Part shown: positions 38,268 to 49,691 of the stretch, in pieces | How the letters are laid out: every line of letters starts with the position of its first letter | Numbering within the stretch: the first letter of the stretch is position 1 | From: Anthoceros angustus | Taxonomy: Eukaryota > Plantae > Anthocerotophyta | Reading direction: 5' to 3' | Assembly (NCBI GenBank): GCA_010909165.1 | Contig: MU008156.1 | Coordinates: 434,001 to 498,000 of the forward strand | Length of the DNA stretch: 64,000 bases | Program-made: the position numbers and the translations under genes | The notes under the pieces: generated by a model | Databases searched by the model: none | What the model was told of the DNA's origin: nothing | What the model saw: the letters and a program-made list of their open reading frames with translations, nothing else

Positions 38268-38790
38268 ATGAAGATTTTGCAGGCCACAACGGTACCATCA
38301 ATGAAGCATTTTGAAAGATGAGCAGATTAAGGAGAAACTGTTGAGTGCAGCAATTTCCATCTTAGGCTGTGTTGCAGTGATTTCAGCAGTAACAGGCATG
38401 GTGGCATGGTGGCATGGTCCATTCTGAAATGCCTGCCACAAATGGGGTCCATCGTGCCCTGCACCTTTGGGTTAACATAATCACCCAAGATGTACGTTCT
38501 CCTTGCCCTGTGCTAGAGCAGGCTGTCAAAACAGGTTGTTGCAGAATCGAGCCTCCTACCTAGAACTGGAATCTAATGATATTCGAGGAGCAGAGAAAGA
38601 TTGTGTGAAAGTCAGAGTAATCGCAGGATCACCTTACAGCCTGGAGCAACGGTGCATCAGCCCATTCCTGCTGGCTGGAACGCCTTCTCCTACACCTTGG
38701 AACGGGAGACGACATTCGTCGGATGCAACCACGGTGGATGCTCAATTACACCGTACTCTTCAACATGGGAGACGGCCTTGTCATCTCCAG
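38268..38790 (+). pseudogene. 5'-truncated pirin fragment
   Basis: Degenerate matches to pirin exons 5-7 ([33 protein letters not shown]). Confidence 0.85.
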
Positions 38791-39605
38791 TGAACACCGG
38801 TGAGTCCCCAGATAACATGGCCCCAGATGACAGTCTGTGCAGCTGTATCCTGATGCAGTCCTGAGCTACTTCCAGTGCAGCATTGCAACAGCACCAAGGA
38901 TCAAAACTGTACCCTTAAAAATGGCCTATATAGTTCCCAAAATGGCCCTGTTGGAGGGTTCGAGGAATATTCTTGAGTAGCAGGGCTCCATCTATCAATA
39001 ATGCCAGAAGTGAGAATTTCACCACACGACCTGATCCGGAGCTGCAACAGCAAGTATATAATGCGACTGTGCAGAAATCAAATTCTCCTGCAACATCTAT
39101 CTCACAGTCCAAACCTGGAGATGCGTACGACAATTGTTTCCGGCAAGACGTCAAGATGTGAAAACTGGGCTGCGGAGCAATCTTCCAATCTTGCAGACTG
39201 ACAATCTTGCGATCCCACAACATCGCAAACTCTCATCAATCTCGCAACGGTACCACTCAATCCTCCACTTCTGACTCACCAAGTATTGGTAAAGTGACCC
39301 ACACTGTAGGATGCAGCAAAGGCGGCACTGCTTGTTCAGTCCCCAGTTCATCTGTGGTGGGGCGATTCTCAAATGTATATCACACGTCATCTGCGAGAGA
39401 AGGAAGGAAGGAGGCTTAGCAGTTCAGCTGGCAGCGACAAATCGTGGACGCTGCCGGATACGGATGAGGCTAGGCGCCTGGGAAGTGGCAGAGCCAGTTG
39501 TCAGGATTCCACGTACTCCGGCACCTGATAAATCTGCGCAGCTGCGGGAAGCACGCACATAGACCACTTGGAGCCTGGCATCGTCCATGAGCGTGTGTTG
39601 GTGCC

Positions 39606-41787
39606 ATGATGATGGGCGGTGGTGGGCCTGGTTGTGGCTAGTCTGCTGCTGCTGCTGCTGGCCATGGCTCCTGCGGCCTGCGGTCTTCCTGTGCCCCGCC
39701 GGACCTGGAGAATTGTCACACCGATTCTACTTTCCTTCCATCCACCTGCTGCAGGAAATCGAGTGCTGCCCTGTCCTGCCCACGCGCCCCGTGAAGGATT
39801 TCTCGTGGGACAGTCTGGAGGGATGGCGGATGCGGGAGCGGCTGGCGGCGCACCAGCTGAGTCCGCAGGACACCGCCCGCCTCAATCGAGCTTACCAGCT
39901 CATGAGCAGCCTTCCGGACGACGATCCTCGGTCCCTCAAGCATCATGCCAACCTCCATTGCGCCTACTCCAACAGATGTTGTTTATGCGCAGCGCGGTTG
40001 ATTTGTTGTTGAATGGGAATACTGTTCCTTATTGTTGATGTCTCTGTAACACATGGACAGATTCACTGGTCATGGCTGTTGATGCCCTGGCATTGATGGT
40101 TCCTGTTCTTCCACGAAAGGATTTTGGCGACGCTGCTAGGCGACCGCACCTTTGCTCTTCCCTTTGGAATTGGGACAACCAGGATCTCACGCTAAGGCTG
40201 GGTGAGGACGGCGAGCTGGAGTATCTGCCTGGCATGATCCTAAAGCTTACGTGAAACAACCGTTTCTGAGCAACTGTAGAATAACTGTGAAGAGGCTGCC
40301 TCCCAGCCTAGTAGACCTCCAGTTTAACGAGTTCGCACACCCGGAGCAGGTTACCAAGCCTCTCAACCTTCCGCCTGACGCCTTCGCCTCCAACTCAACA
40401 TCATGCATCAGGCAAGAGATGCGCCGTTTTGAAAGAGTGGATGAATTCATTTGGTTATCTGGTGATGTGAGTGGACACGTTGTCAACCTTGGACATGAGA
40501 AGGATGTCGGCAGTCTTGAACCTGGCATGCCCATTGTCCAGGTGATGGTGAGTGGAAGCGGAACAGCAAGTTTGTTCTTGGGCGAACCATACTTTTATGG
40601 GGATCCCGTGGAGCCATTTCCTCAATTTACATCCCTATTTGGGACCCTGGAAACTGGCCTCACTCCGACGTTCACGTCTCCACAGGCAATGAGTCCAGGC
40701 CCGACTATGCCGAGATGGGCAACATCGGCATGTCTGCTTCGGATCCTATTTTCTGCATTCACCATGCCAACATTGACCGCCTTTGGGAGGTATTCAGCTC
40801 AAGTTTCAGTCTTTCGACTGTGTGTTCATGAATGCAGCCATTCTCTCGTCCATCCATCCCTTCCTTCATTCTTTTTCCCCTCCATGTTGAGGAATGTTGA
40901 CTGGTGCATCTATGTAGTACACTCTGTTTGCAGCTTGAATCTCCCTTGCAATGCTGGTGAAGGTGTGGAAAAGCATCCCGGAAGGATGGAGAACCGACTT
41001 CACGGACCCTGACTTTCTCGACACAGAGTTCGACTGCTACGATGAGAATGCTGATTTGGCAAGCTGGTTACAATCTGCATTCCCTGCAAATTCCTCAGTC
41101 AGGCTAGGTCAAATTGTAACAGCAACAGTGTGAAACAAAGAGAAAGAAATGGGGACGACTGCTTGGATTCACTACTGAGTCACATCTGCAGGTGAGGGTG
41201 CGTGTGGAAGACTCACTGGATCTTCTCAAGATGCGCACCAGCTACCAGGCGATGGACGACGGTGACGATCAGTGGATCAGGTACAACGCGACCGTATGCT
41301 CCACCCTGTCCCCTCAAGAGCACACAGGATGTGGTGGTGGCGGTGGACGGAGAGCCCACCGAGCTGGCTGTGCCCAGACCGGCCCCAGGCCAGGGGAGTG
41401 GGAGGAGGTGCTGGTCCTGGACGGCATGCGGGCTGATGTTTTATCACCCACCTTGTACCCAGAGATTCTTGCCTTCACAACCAGGTTGCTGCTGTGATTT
41501 CTAGGTGTCTGTAGCAGGATTTGTGAATCGCGATCAAGAACGCTGTTCCTGTTGGATGGAGACTCTCGTGATGGCGAGGAGCCGATCCTGGGTATGTTGG
41601 GGGCCTGGAAGGAACGAGACTCCCACGGTGTGGAAAGCCGACACGCCCAACTGCTGCAGTTTGAAGCCTATGCCTAAGCTGAGGGAGAAGTTGCGGTCGG
41701 GGCCGGGGCGGTGGTCAGGAGTCCTGCAAGCTCTGCGCAGGTGACCGAAGTGTTGTTTGTAACGTTGGGAAGCATGAGGAACACTCC
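39606..41787 (+). pseudogene. PPO pseudogene B, near-identical tandem copy of A (~3.53 kb offset)
   Basis: Shares the deletion, the TGA stop and the inversion (41435-41787) with copy A; differs mostly by 1-nt indels. Confidence 0.88.
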
Positions 41788-41789
41788 CC

Positions 41790-42320
41790 TATGAAGATTT
41801 TGCAGGCCACAACGGTACCATCAATGAAGCATTTTGAAAGATGAGCAGATTAAGGAGAAACTGTTGGAGTGCAGCAATTTCCATCTTAGGCTGTGTTGCA
41901 GTGGATTTCAGCAGTAACAGGCATGGTGGCATGGTGGCATGGTCCATTCTGAAATGCCTGCCGCAAATGGGGTCCATCGTGCCCTGCACCTTTGGGTTAA
42001 CATAATCACCCAAGATGTACGTTCTCCTTGCCCTGTGCTAGAGCAGGCTGTCAAAACGGGTTGTTGCAGAATCGAGCCTCCCTACCTAGAACTGGAATCT
42101 AATGATATTCGAGGAGCAGAGAAAGATTGTGTGAAAGTCAGAGTAATCGCAGGATCACCTTACAGCCTGGAGCAACGGTGCATCAGCCCATTCCTGCTGG
42201 CTGGAACGCCTTCTCCTACACCTTGGAACGGGAGACGACATTCGTCGGATGCAACCACGGTGGATGCTCAATTACACCGTACTCTTCAACATGGGAGACG
42301 GCCTTGTCATCTCCAGTGAA
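41790..42320 (+). pseudogene. 5'-truncated pirin fragment (copy of 38268-38790)
   Basis: MVHSEMPAANGVHRALHLWVN and [14 protein letters not shown] are readable in broken frames. Confidence 0.85.
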
Positions 42321-43148
42321 CACCGGTGAGTCCCCAGATAACATGGCCCCAGATGACAGTCTGTGCAGCTTCGTCCTGAAATTCCTGATGCAGTCCTGCG
42401 AGTGCAGCATTGCAACAGCACCAAGGCTCCAAAATGGTGCTCTAAGAATGACCTACATGGTTGCCAACATGGCCCCGTTGGAGGAATTGTCTTCAGCAGC
42501 AGGGCTCCATGTCGGTAACGCCAAAAGGAGTCAAATTCAACACACGTCCTGATCTGGGAGCTGCAACAGCAACCACATGATGCCATTCTACGCTGTAATT
42601 AATTTCTCCTTCAAAATCTATGTCATAACGACATTTGCTTCCGGTCTGTTGCAATTGCACATGCGCCTTTCAAGACCTGACGGTGGGAAAACTGGCTTGC
42701 GGACCAAATCTTTCCAATCTTGCAATCTCCCAACTTTGCAAACTCTTGCAATCCCTCAATCTCGCAATCCTAAATCGTAAATCCTAAATCCTCCGCTTGT
42801 CATTCGGAACTCTTGGTAAAGTGAGCGGACAGTTTAGGACGTGTGTGCAGCCGCCCGATCTCAGCACAGGCGACACTGCCTGTTCAGTCTGTCAGTTCAT
42901 CTGTTGTCGGGCAATAGTCAATTGTGCATCACACGTCATCTGCAGCGGCGCAGCTGGCAGTGAGGAATCGGGTCGTCGCTTCCGGATACAGATGAGGCAG
43001 GCGCTTGGGAAAAGGCAGAGCCAGTTGTGAGGATTCCACGTACCAGCCTCCGGCACGTCATAAATTTGCGCAGCTGCGGGAAGCATGCACTTTCAGCACT
43101 TGGAACTTGGAGGCATCGTCCATAAGTGTGTTCTGTGTGGGTGCCGTG

Positions 43149-45367
43149 ATGGAGGCGGTGGTGGGCCTGGTTGTAGCTAGCCTGCTCCTGGCCATGGCTC
43201 CCACGGCCTGTGGCCTGCCTGTGCCCGCGCCGGATCTGAAGAACTGTCACACCGCTTCTGCTTATTTTCCTTCCATCCACCTGCTGCAGGAAATCGAGTG
43301 CTGCCCCGTCCTGCCCTCGCGCCCCGTGAAGAATTTCTCGTGGAACAGTCTGGAGGGATGGCCGCTGCGGGTGCGGCCGCCGGCCCACCAGCTCAGCCCG
43401 CAGGACAGCGCTCGCCTCAATCGAGCTTACCAGCTCATGAGCAGCCTCCCGGACGACGATCCTCGCTCCCTCAAGCAGCAGGCCAACCTCCATTGCGCCT
43501 ACTGCGCTGGCGCGTTTCCCAGCCCTTGGAATAGCAGCATCTCGCTTCAGGTACCCGACTCGGCTCGCCTGTAAAGAATCTCATTGCGAGTCCAACACAA
43601 GTTGTTTATGCGCCGTCAGTCTTTGTTGATGTTGGTTGTTGTTGGTGTTGAGCATTTTTACACGAGATTGATGTGTGTGTAACGCATGGACAGATTCACT
43701 GGTCATGGCTGTTGATGCCCTGGCATCGATGGTTCTTGTTCTTCCACGAAAGGATCTTGGCGACGCTGCTAGGGGACCGCACCTTTGCTCTTCCCTTCTG
43801 GAATTGGGACAACCAGGATCTCACGCTCAGGCTCGGTGCGGACGGCGAGCTGGAGTATCTGCCTGGCATGATCCCTAAAGCTTACCTGAAACAACCCTTT
43901 CTGAGCAACTGTAGGAGGACTGTGAAGAGGCTGCCTCCCAGCCTGGTAGACCTCCGGTTTAACGTGTTCAGGCACCCAGAGCAGGTTACGAAGCCTCTCA
44001 ACCTGCCTCCTGACGCCCTTCGCCGCTCCAATCTCAACATCATGCATCAGGCAAGAGATGCCTCCTTTTTGAAAGAGAGGATTCTTTTAGTTATCGTATC
44101 TTGGTGATGTCCGTCGCCACAGTGTCATCCTTATGACAAGATAGTCGACAATCTTGAACCTGACATGCCTACTGTCCAGGTGATGGTGAGTGGAAGCGGG
44201 ACAGCAAGTTTGTTCTTGGGCCAAGCATACCGGCATGGGGATCCCGTGGAGCCATTTCCTCAACCTAGATCCCGATTTGGGACCCTGGAAACTGGACCTC
44301 ACTCCAACGTTCACGTCTCCACAGGCAACGAGTCCACGCCTGACTATGCTGAGATGGGCAACATCGGCATTTCGGCTCGGGATCCTATTTTCTACACTCA
44401 CCATGGCAACATTGACCGCCTTTGGGAGGTATTCAGCTCAAGTTTCAGTCGTTCGACTGGTTGTTCATGAATACAGTCATTCTCTCGTTCATCTATCCCT
44501 TCATTCATCCATTCTGCCCTCCATGTTGAGGGGTGTTGAGATCTGGTCCATCTTTGTAGTACAATCTGTTTGCAGCTTGAATCTCCCTTGCAATGCTGGT
44601 GAAGGTGTGGAAAAGCATCCCGGGAGGATCGAGAATCGACTTCACGGACCCTGACTTTCTCGACACAGAGTTCGTCTTCTACGACGAGAATGCTGATTTG
44701 GTACGAATTTCTCAGCCAGGCTAGGTTAAATTGTGACAGCAACTTTGTGAAAGATGGAGAGAAATCGAGACGACTGCGTGGATTCACCAGTTGGTCACAC
44801 CTGCAGGTGAGGGTGCGTGTGGGAGACTCACTGGATCTTCTCAAGATGGGCATCACCTACCAGCCGATGGACGAAGGTGACAACGAGTGGATCAGTTACA
44901 ACGCAACCGCATGCTCGACCCTGCCCCCTGCAGAAGCGGAGGCTTGGGTGTCCGGGCTCTCCAAGAGCACGCAGGATGTGGTGGTGGCGGTGGACGGAGA
45001 GCTCACCGAGCTGGCCGTGCCCAGACCGGCCCCCAAGCCAGGGGAGTGGGAGGAGGTGCTGGTCCTGGACGGCATGCGGGCTAACTGGGCTCAGCCCGCA
45101 CACTTGGAGGTGTTCCTCATGCTTCCCAACGTCACAAACAACACTTCGGCCACCTGCGCAGAGCTTGCAGGACTCCTCACCACCGCCCCTTACTTCGGCC
45201 CCGACCGCAACTTCTCCCTCAGCTTAGGTATAGGCTCCAAACTGCAGGAGTTGGGCGTGTCGGATTTCCTCTCCGTGGGAGTTTCGCTCCTTCCAGGCCC
45301 CCAACATACCCAGGAACGGCCCCTCACAATCGCCAGCGTCTCCATCCAGCTGGAACAGCCTTCTTGA
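43149..45367 (+). CDS. PPO: Polyphenol oxidase PPO-C, intact, 5 exons, signal peptide
   Basis: Exons 43149-43550, 43694-44050 (GC donor), 44180-44428, 44605-44700, 44807-45367. Motifs [49 protein letters not shown]. Confidence 0.92.
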
Positions 45368-45442
45368 TCATGAGTCACAAAACCCTGCTCCACATGCCTA
45401 GAAAGCACAGCAGCAGCCTGGTTGTGAAGGCCGTGTTCTTTT

Positions 45443-46251
45443 ATGAAGATTTTGCAGATCACAACGGTACCATCAAAAGCTGGTGGCGTTGTAAGTCGAC
45501 AGCTTGAATCATTTTGAAGGATGAGCTGATTCAGAAAGGTGAACGGTTGGAATGAAGCCATCTTCACCTTAGTTTGGACACACCTGGTGTATTCCAGTGG
45601 ATGACAGCAGTAAGAGGCCTGGTCCATTCTGAAAATCCGGCATGCCTGCCGCAAATGGGGTTCATCGTGCTCTGCAGTTCAACAGACAAGATGTACGTTC
45701 TCCTTTGCCCTGTGCTAGAGCGGGCATTGAAGTATGCTTCCTCTGGCTTCTGGTGACTAGGAAGTAAACTGGTTTAGGGTTAGAGGGTGGTTTAGGGTTT
45801 AGAGTTTTGGGTGTGAAATCACAGGTGTATACGACTCGCACGCGGACTCCAACCATGTTTCTGCATTTCACCTAATAGCCTGGAGCAACGGCGCAGCAGC
45901 CCATTCCTGCTGGGCTGGCTGGAACGCCTTCTCCTACACCTTGGAAGGGCAGACGACATTCGGAAGCTCGTAGGATGTACCCACGGTGCATGCTCATTAC
46001 AGCGTACTCTTCAACATGGGAGATGGCCTTCTCATCTCCAACCGGTCGGACAAGCCGAGACGGTTTCTGCGCATAGCTGGACAACCCTTGAACGAGCCTG
46101 TTGCAGAGTTCGGTCCAGTCATGATGAACACGCAGGAGATATTAGAGGCTATCCAAGATATGTAAGATATTTGAGGCTATCCAAGATCACCAAAACCACC
46201 GAAATGGCTTGAGAGGGCACGGACATAGGTATCGGATGCAATCAGAGGTTG
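45443..46251 (+). pseudogene. Pirin pseudogene fragment containing telomere-like filler
   Basis: Degenerate pirin exons 5-7 with stop codons; TTTAGGG-like units at 45772-45808. Confidence 0.85.
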
Positions 46252-46791
46252 GTGTAGTTTGTCACTTTTCTGTCCTATTGTTAAGGTCTACAAGAAAGAA
46301 AAAAGTTGTCAGACGCGAGAGATTTTTTGAGAGGGAAAGATCCTAACTTTGCGCATAAAGCAGGACTCTATGCAAGATAGGTACAAGCCTACAAGACTGG
46401 ATGCATAACGTGGGTTGTTGGTTGTTCGGTCACTTACCAGCTGCCTTGCGCGACAATTTAGGATGTGGCCCTGGCCAAGCTCAGCAAAGGCGGCACTGCC
46501 TGCTGAGTCTGCTAGTTCATCTGTCTGGGGACGATAGTCAGAATATGTCACACGTCATCTGCGAGAGAATCAAGGGAGGATTAGCAGCTCATTCTAGCAG
46601 CGAGGAGTCGGGTCGTTGCCTTCCGAATGAGATGATGAAATGAGACAGGCGCTCGGGAAGTGGCAGAGCCAGTTGTTACGATTCCATGAACGGCCCATAC
46701 GCGACATCAGCACATGATAAATCTACGAGGAAGCACGCACCTTGAGCACTCGGAGGCATCGTCCATGAGTTGGTTGTGCGTGGGGACCGTG

Positions 46792-49691
46792 ATGGAGTCG
46801 TTGGCGGGCCTGGTTGTGGCTAGCCTGCTGCTGCTGCTGGCCATGGCTCCCGCGGGCTGTGGCTTGCCTGTGCCCGCGCCGGATCTGAGGAAGTGTCACA
46901 CCGCTTCCGCTTATTTCCCTTCCATCCACCTGCTGCAGAAAATCGAGTGCTGCCCCGTCCTGCCCACGCGCCCCGTGAAGGATTTCTCGTGGGACAGTCT
47001 GGAGGGATGGCCGACGCGGGTGCGGCCCCCGGCCCACAGGCTGAGCCCGCGGGACAGCGCTCGCCTCAATCGAGCTTACCAGCTCATGAGCAGCCTCCCG
47101 GACGACGATCCTCGCTCCCTCAAGCAGCAGGCTAACCTCCATTGCGCCTACTGCGCTGGCGCGTTTCCCACCCCTTGGAATAGCAGCATCTCGCTTCAGG
47201 TACCCGACTCGAACGAATTTCAATGCGACTCCAACACAAGTCGTTTATGCGCAGTCGTCTTCTTGTTCAATCCAGAAAATGTTCCAAGTTGTCGTTGTTG
47301 AGCATTGTTGTTGTTGTTGAGCCTTGAACTTTGCCTTGCCAAACCCAAAGCGTGTAAAAATCTACAATCTATGTTGTAGTTGTTATTGTCGCTGTTGTTG
47401 TTCAACATCGAACATTGCACAACATGGATGTTCATGGAACGCATTGACAGATTCACTGGTCATGGCTGTTGATGCCCTGGCATCGATGGTTCTTGTTCTT
47501 CCACGAAAGGATTTTGGCGTCGCTGCTAGGGGACCGCACCTTTGCTCTCCCCTTTTGGAATTGGGACAACCAGGATCCCACGCTCAGGCTGGGTGAGGAC
47601 GGCGAGCTGGAGTTTCTGCCTGGCATGATCCCTAAAGCCTACGTGAAACAACCGTTTCTGAGAAACTGTAGCAGGACTGTGAAGAGGCAGCCTCCCAGCC
47701 TAGTAGACCTCCGGTTTAACGTGTTCGTGCATCCGGAGCAGGTTACGAATCCTCTCAACCTGCCTCCTGACGCCCTTCGCCTCTCCAATCTCAACATCAT
47801 GCATCAGGCAAGAGATGCTTCCTTTTTGAAAGAGAGGATTCATTTGCTTGTCTGGTGATGTGCGTGGACAGAATTGAGAAGAATATCGGCAATCTTGAAC
47901 CTGACATGCCTACTGTCCAGGTGATGGTGAGTGGGAGCGGGACAGCGAGTTTGTTCTTGGGCCGAGCATACCGGTATGGGGATCCGGTGGAGCCATTTCC
48001 TCAGTTGACATCCCGATTTGGGACCCTGGAAATCGGCCCTCACTCCAACGTTCACGTCTCCACCGGCAACGAGTCCACGCCTGACTACGCTGAGATGGGC
48101 AACATCGGCATTTCGGCTCGGGACCCTACTTTCTACATTCACCATGGCAACATCGACCGCCTTTGGGAGGTATTCAGCTCAACTTTGAGTCATTCGATAG
48201 TTTGTTCATGAAAGCCGAGCTTCGTTCCTCCATTCCTTCATTCCTTCCTCCATGTTGACATATGGTGCAACTATTGAGTACGTTATGTTCGCCTGAATTT
48301 CCCTTGCAATGCTCGTGAAGGTGTGGAAAAGCATTCCGGGAGGATCGAGAACCGACTTCACGGACCCTGACTTTCTCGACACAGAGTTCGTCTTCTACGA
48401 TGAGAATGCTGATTTGGTAAGCTGGTTACAATCTGCATTTCACCTAATAGCCTGGAGCAACGGCGCAGCAGCCCATTCCTGCTGGGCTGGCTGGAACGCC
48501 TCCTACACCTTGAAGGGCAGACGACATTCGGAAGCTCGTAGGATGTACCCACGGTGCATGCTCATTACAGCGTACTCTTCAACATGGGAGATGGCCTTCT
48601 CATCTCCAACCGGTCGGACAAGCCGAGACGGTTTCTGCGCATAGCTGGACAACCCTTGAACGAGCCTGTTGCAGAGTTCGGTCCAGTCATGATGAACACG
48701 CAGGAGATATTAGAGGCTATCCAAGATATGTAAGATATTTGAGGCTATCCAAGATCACCAAAACCACCGAAATGGCTTGAGAGGGCACGGACATAGGTAT
48801 CGGATGCAATCAGAGGTTGGTGTAGTTTGTCACTTTTCTGTCCTATTGTTAAGGTCTACAAGAAAGAAAAAGTTGTCAGACGCGAGAGATTTTGAGAGGA
48901 AAGATCTAACTTTGCGCATAAAGCAGGACTCTATGCAAGATAGGTACAAGCCTACAAGACTGGATGCATAACGTGGGTTGTTGGTTGTTCGGTCACTTAC
49001 CAGCTGCCTTGCGCGACAATTTAGGATGTGGCCCTGGCCAAGCTCAGCAAAGGCGGCACTGCCTGCTGAGTCTGCTAGTTCATCTGTCTGGGGACGACTG
49101 CTTGGATTCACCACTGAGTCACACCTGCAGGTGAGGGTGCGTGTGGAAGACTCACTGGATCTTCTCAAAATGCGCACCAGCTACCAGGCGATGGACGACG
49201 GTGACGATCAGTGGATCAGATACAACGCGACCGTATGCTCCACCCTGTCCCCTGCAGAGGCGGAAGCTTGGGTGTCCGGGCTCTCCAAGAGCACGAGGAA
49301 TGTGGTGGTGGAGGTGGACGGAGAGCCCACCGAGCTGGCCGTGCCCAGGCCGGCCCCCAGGCCAGGGGAGTGGGAGGAGGTGCTGGTCCTGGACGGCATG
49401 CGGGCTAACTGGACTCAGCCCGCGCACTTGGAGGTGTTCCTCATGCTTCCCAACGTCACACACAACACTTCGGCCACCTGCGCAGAGCTTGCCGGCCTCC
49501 TGACCACCGCCCCTTACTTCGGCCCCGACCGAAACTTCTCCTTCAGCTTGGGCATCGGTTCAAAACTGCAGCAGCTGGGCGTGTCGGATTTCCACACCGT
49601 AGGCATCTCGCTCCTTCCAGGCCCCCAACACACCCAGGATCAGCCCTTCACCATCGCCAGCGTCTCCATCCAACAGGAACAGACTTTTTGA
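46792..49691 (+). CDS. PPO: Polyphenol oxidase PPO-D, coding exons intact, enlarged intron 4
   Basis: Exons 46792-47199, 47451-47807 (GC donor), 47921-48169, 48321-48416, 49131-49691. All Cu-ligand motifs are present; intron 4 carries a ~666-bp copy of upstream DNA. Confidence 0.88.
48432..49097 (+). repeat. Copy of 45860-46534 (pirin relic plus PPO-D upstream DNA) inside PPO-D intron 4
   Basis: Near-identical sequence; junctions carry the microhomologies TCTGCATT and TGGGGACGA. Confidence 0.9.
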
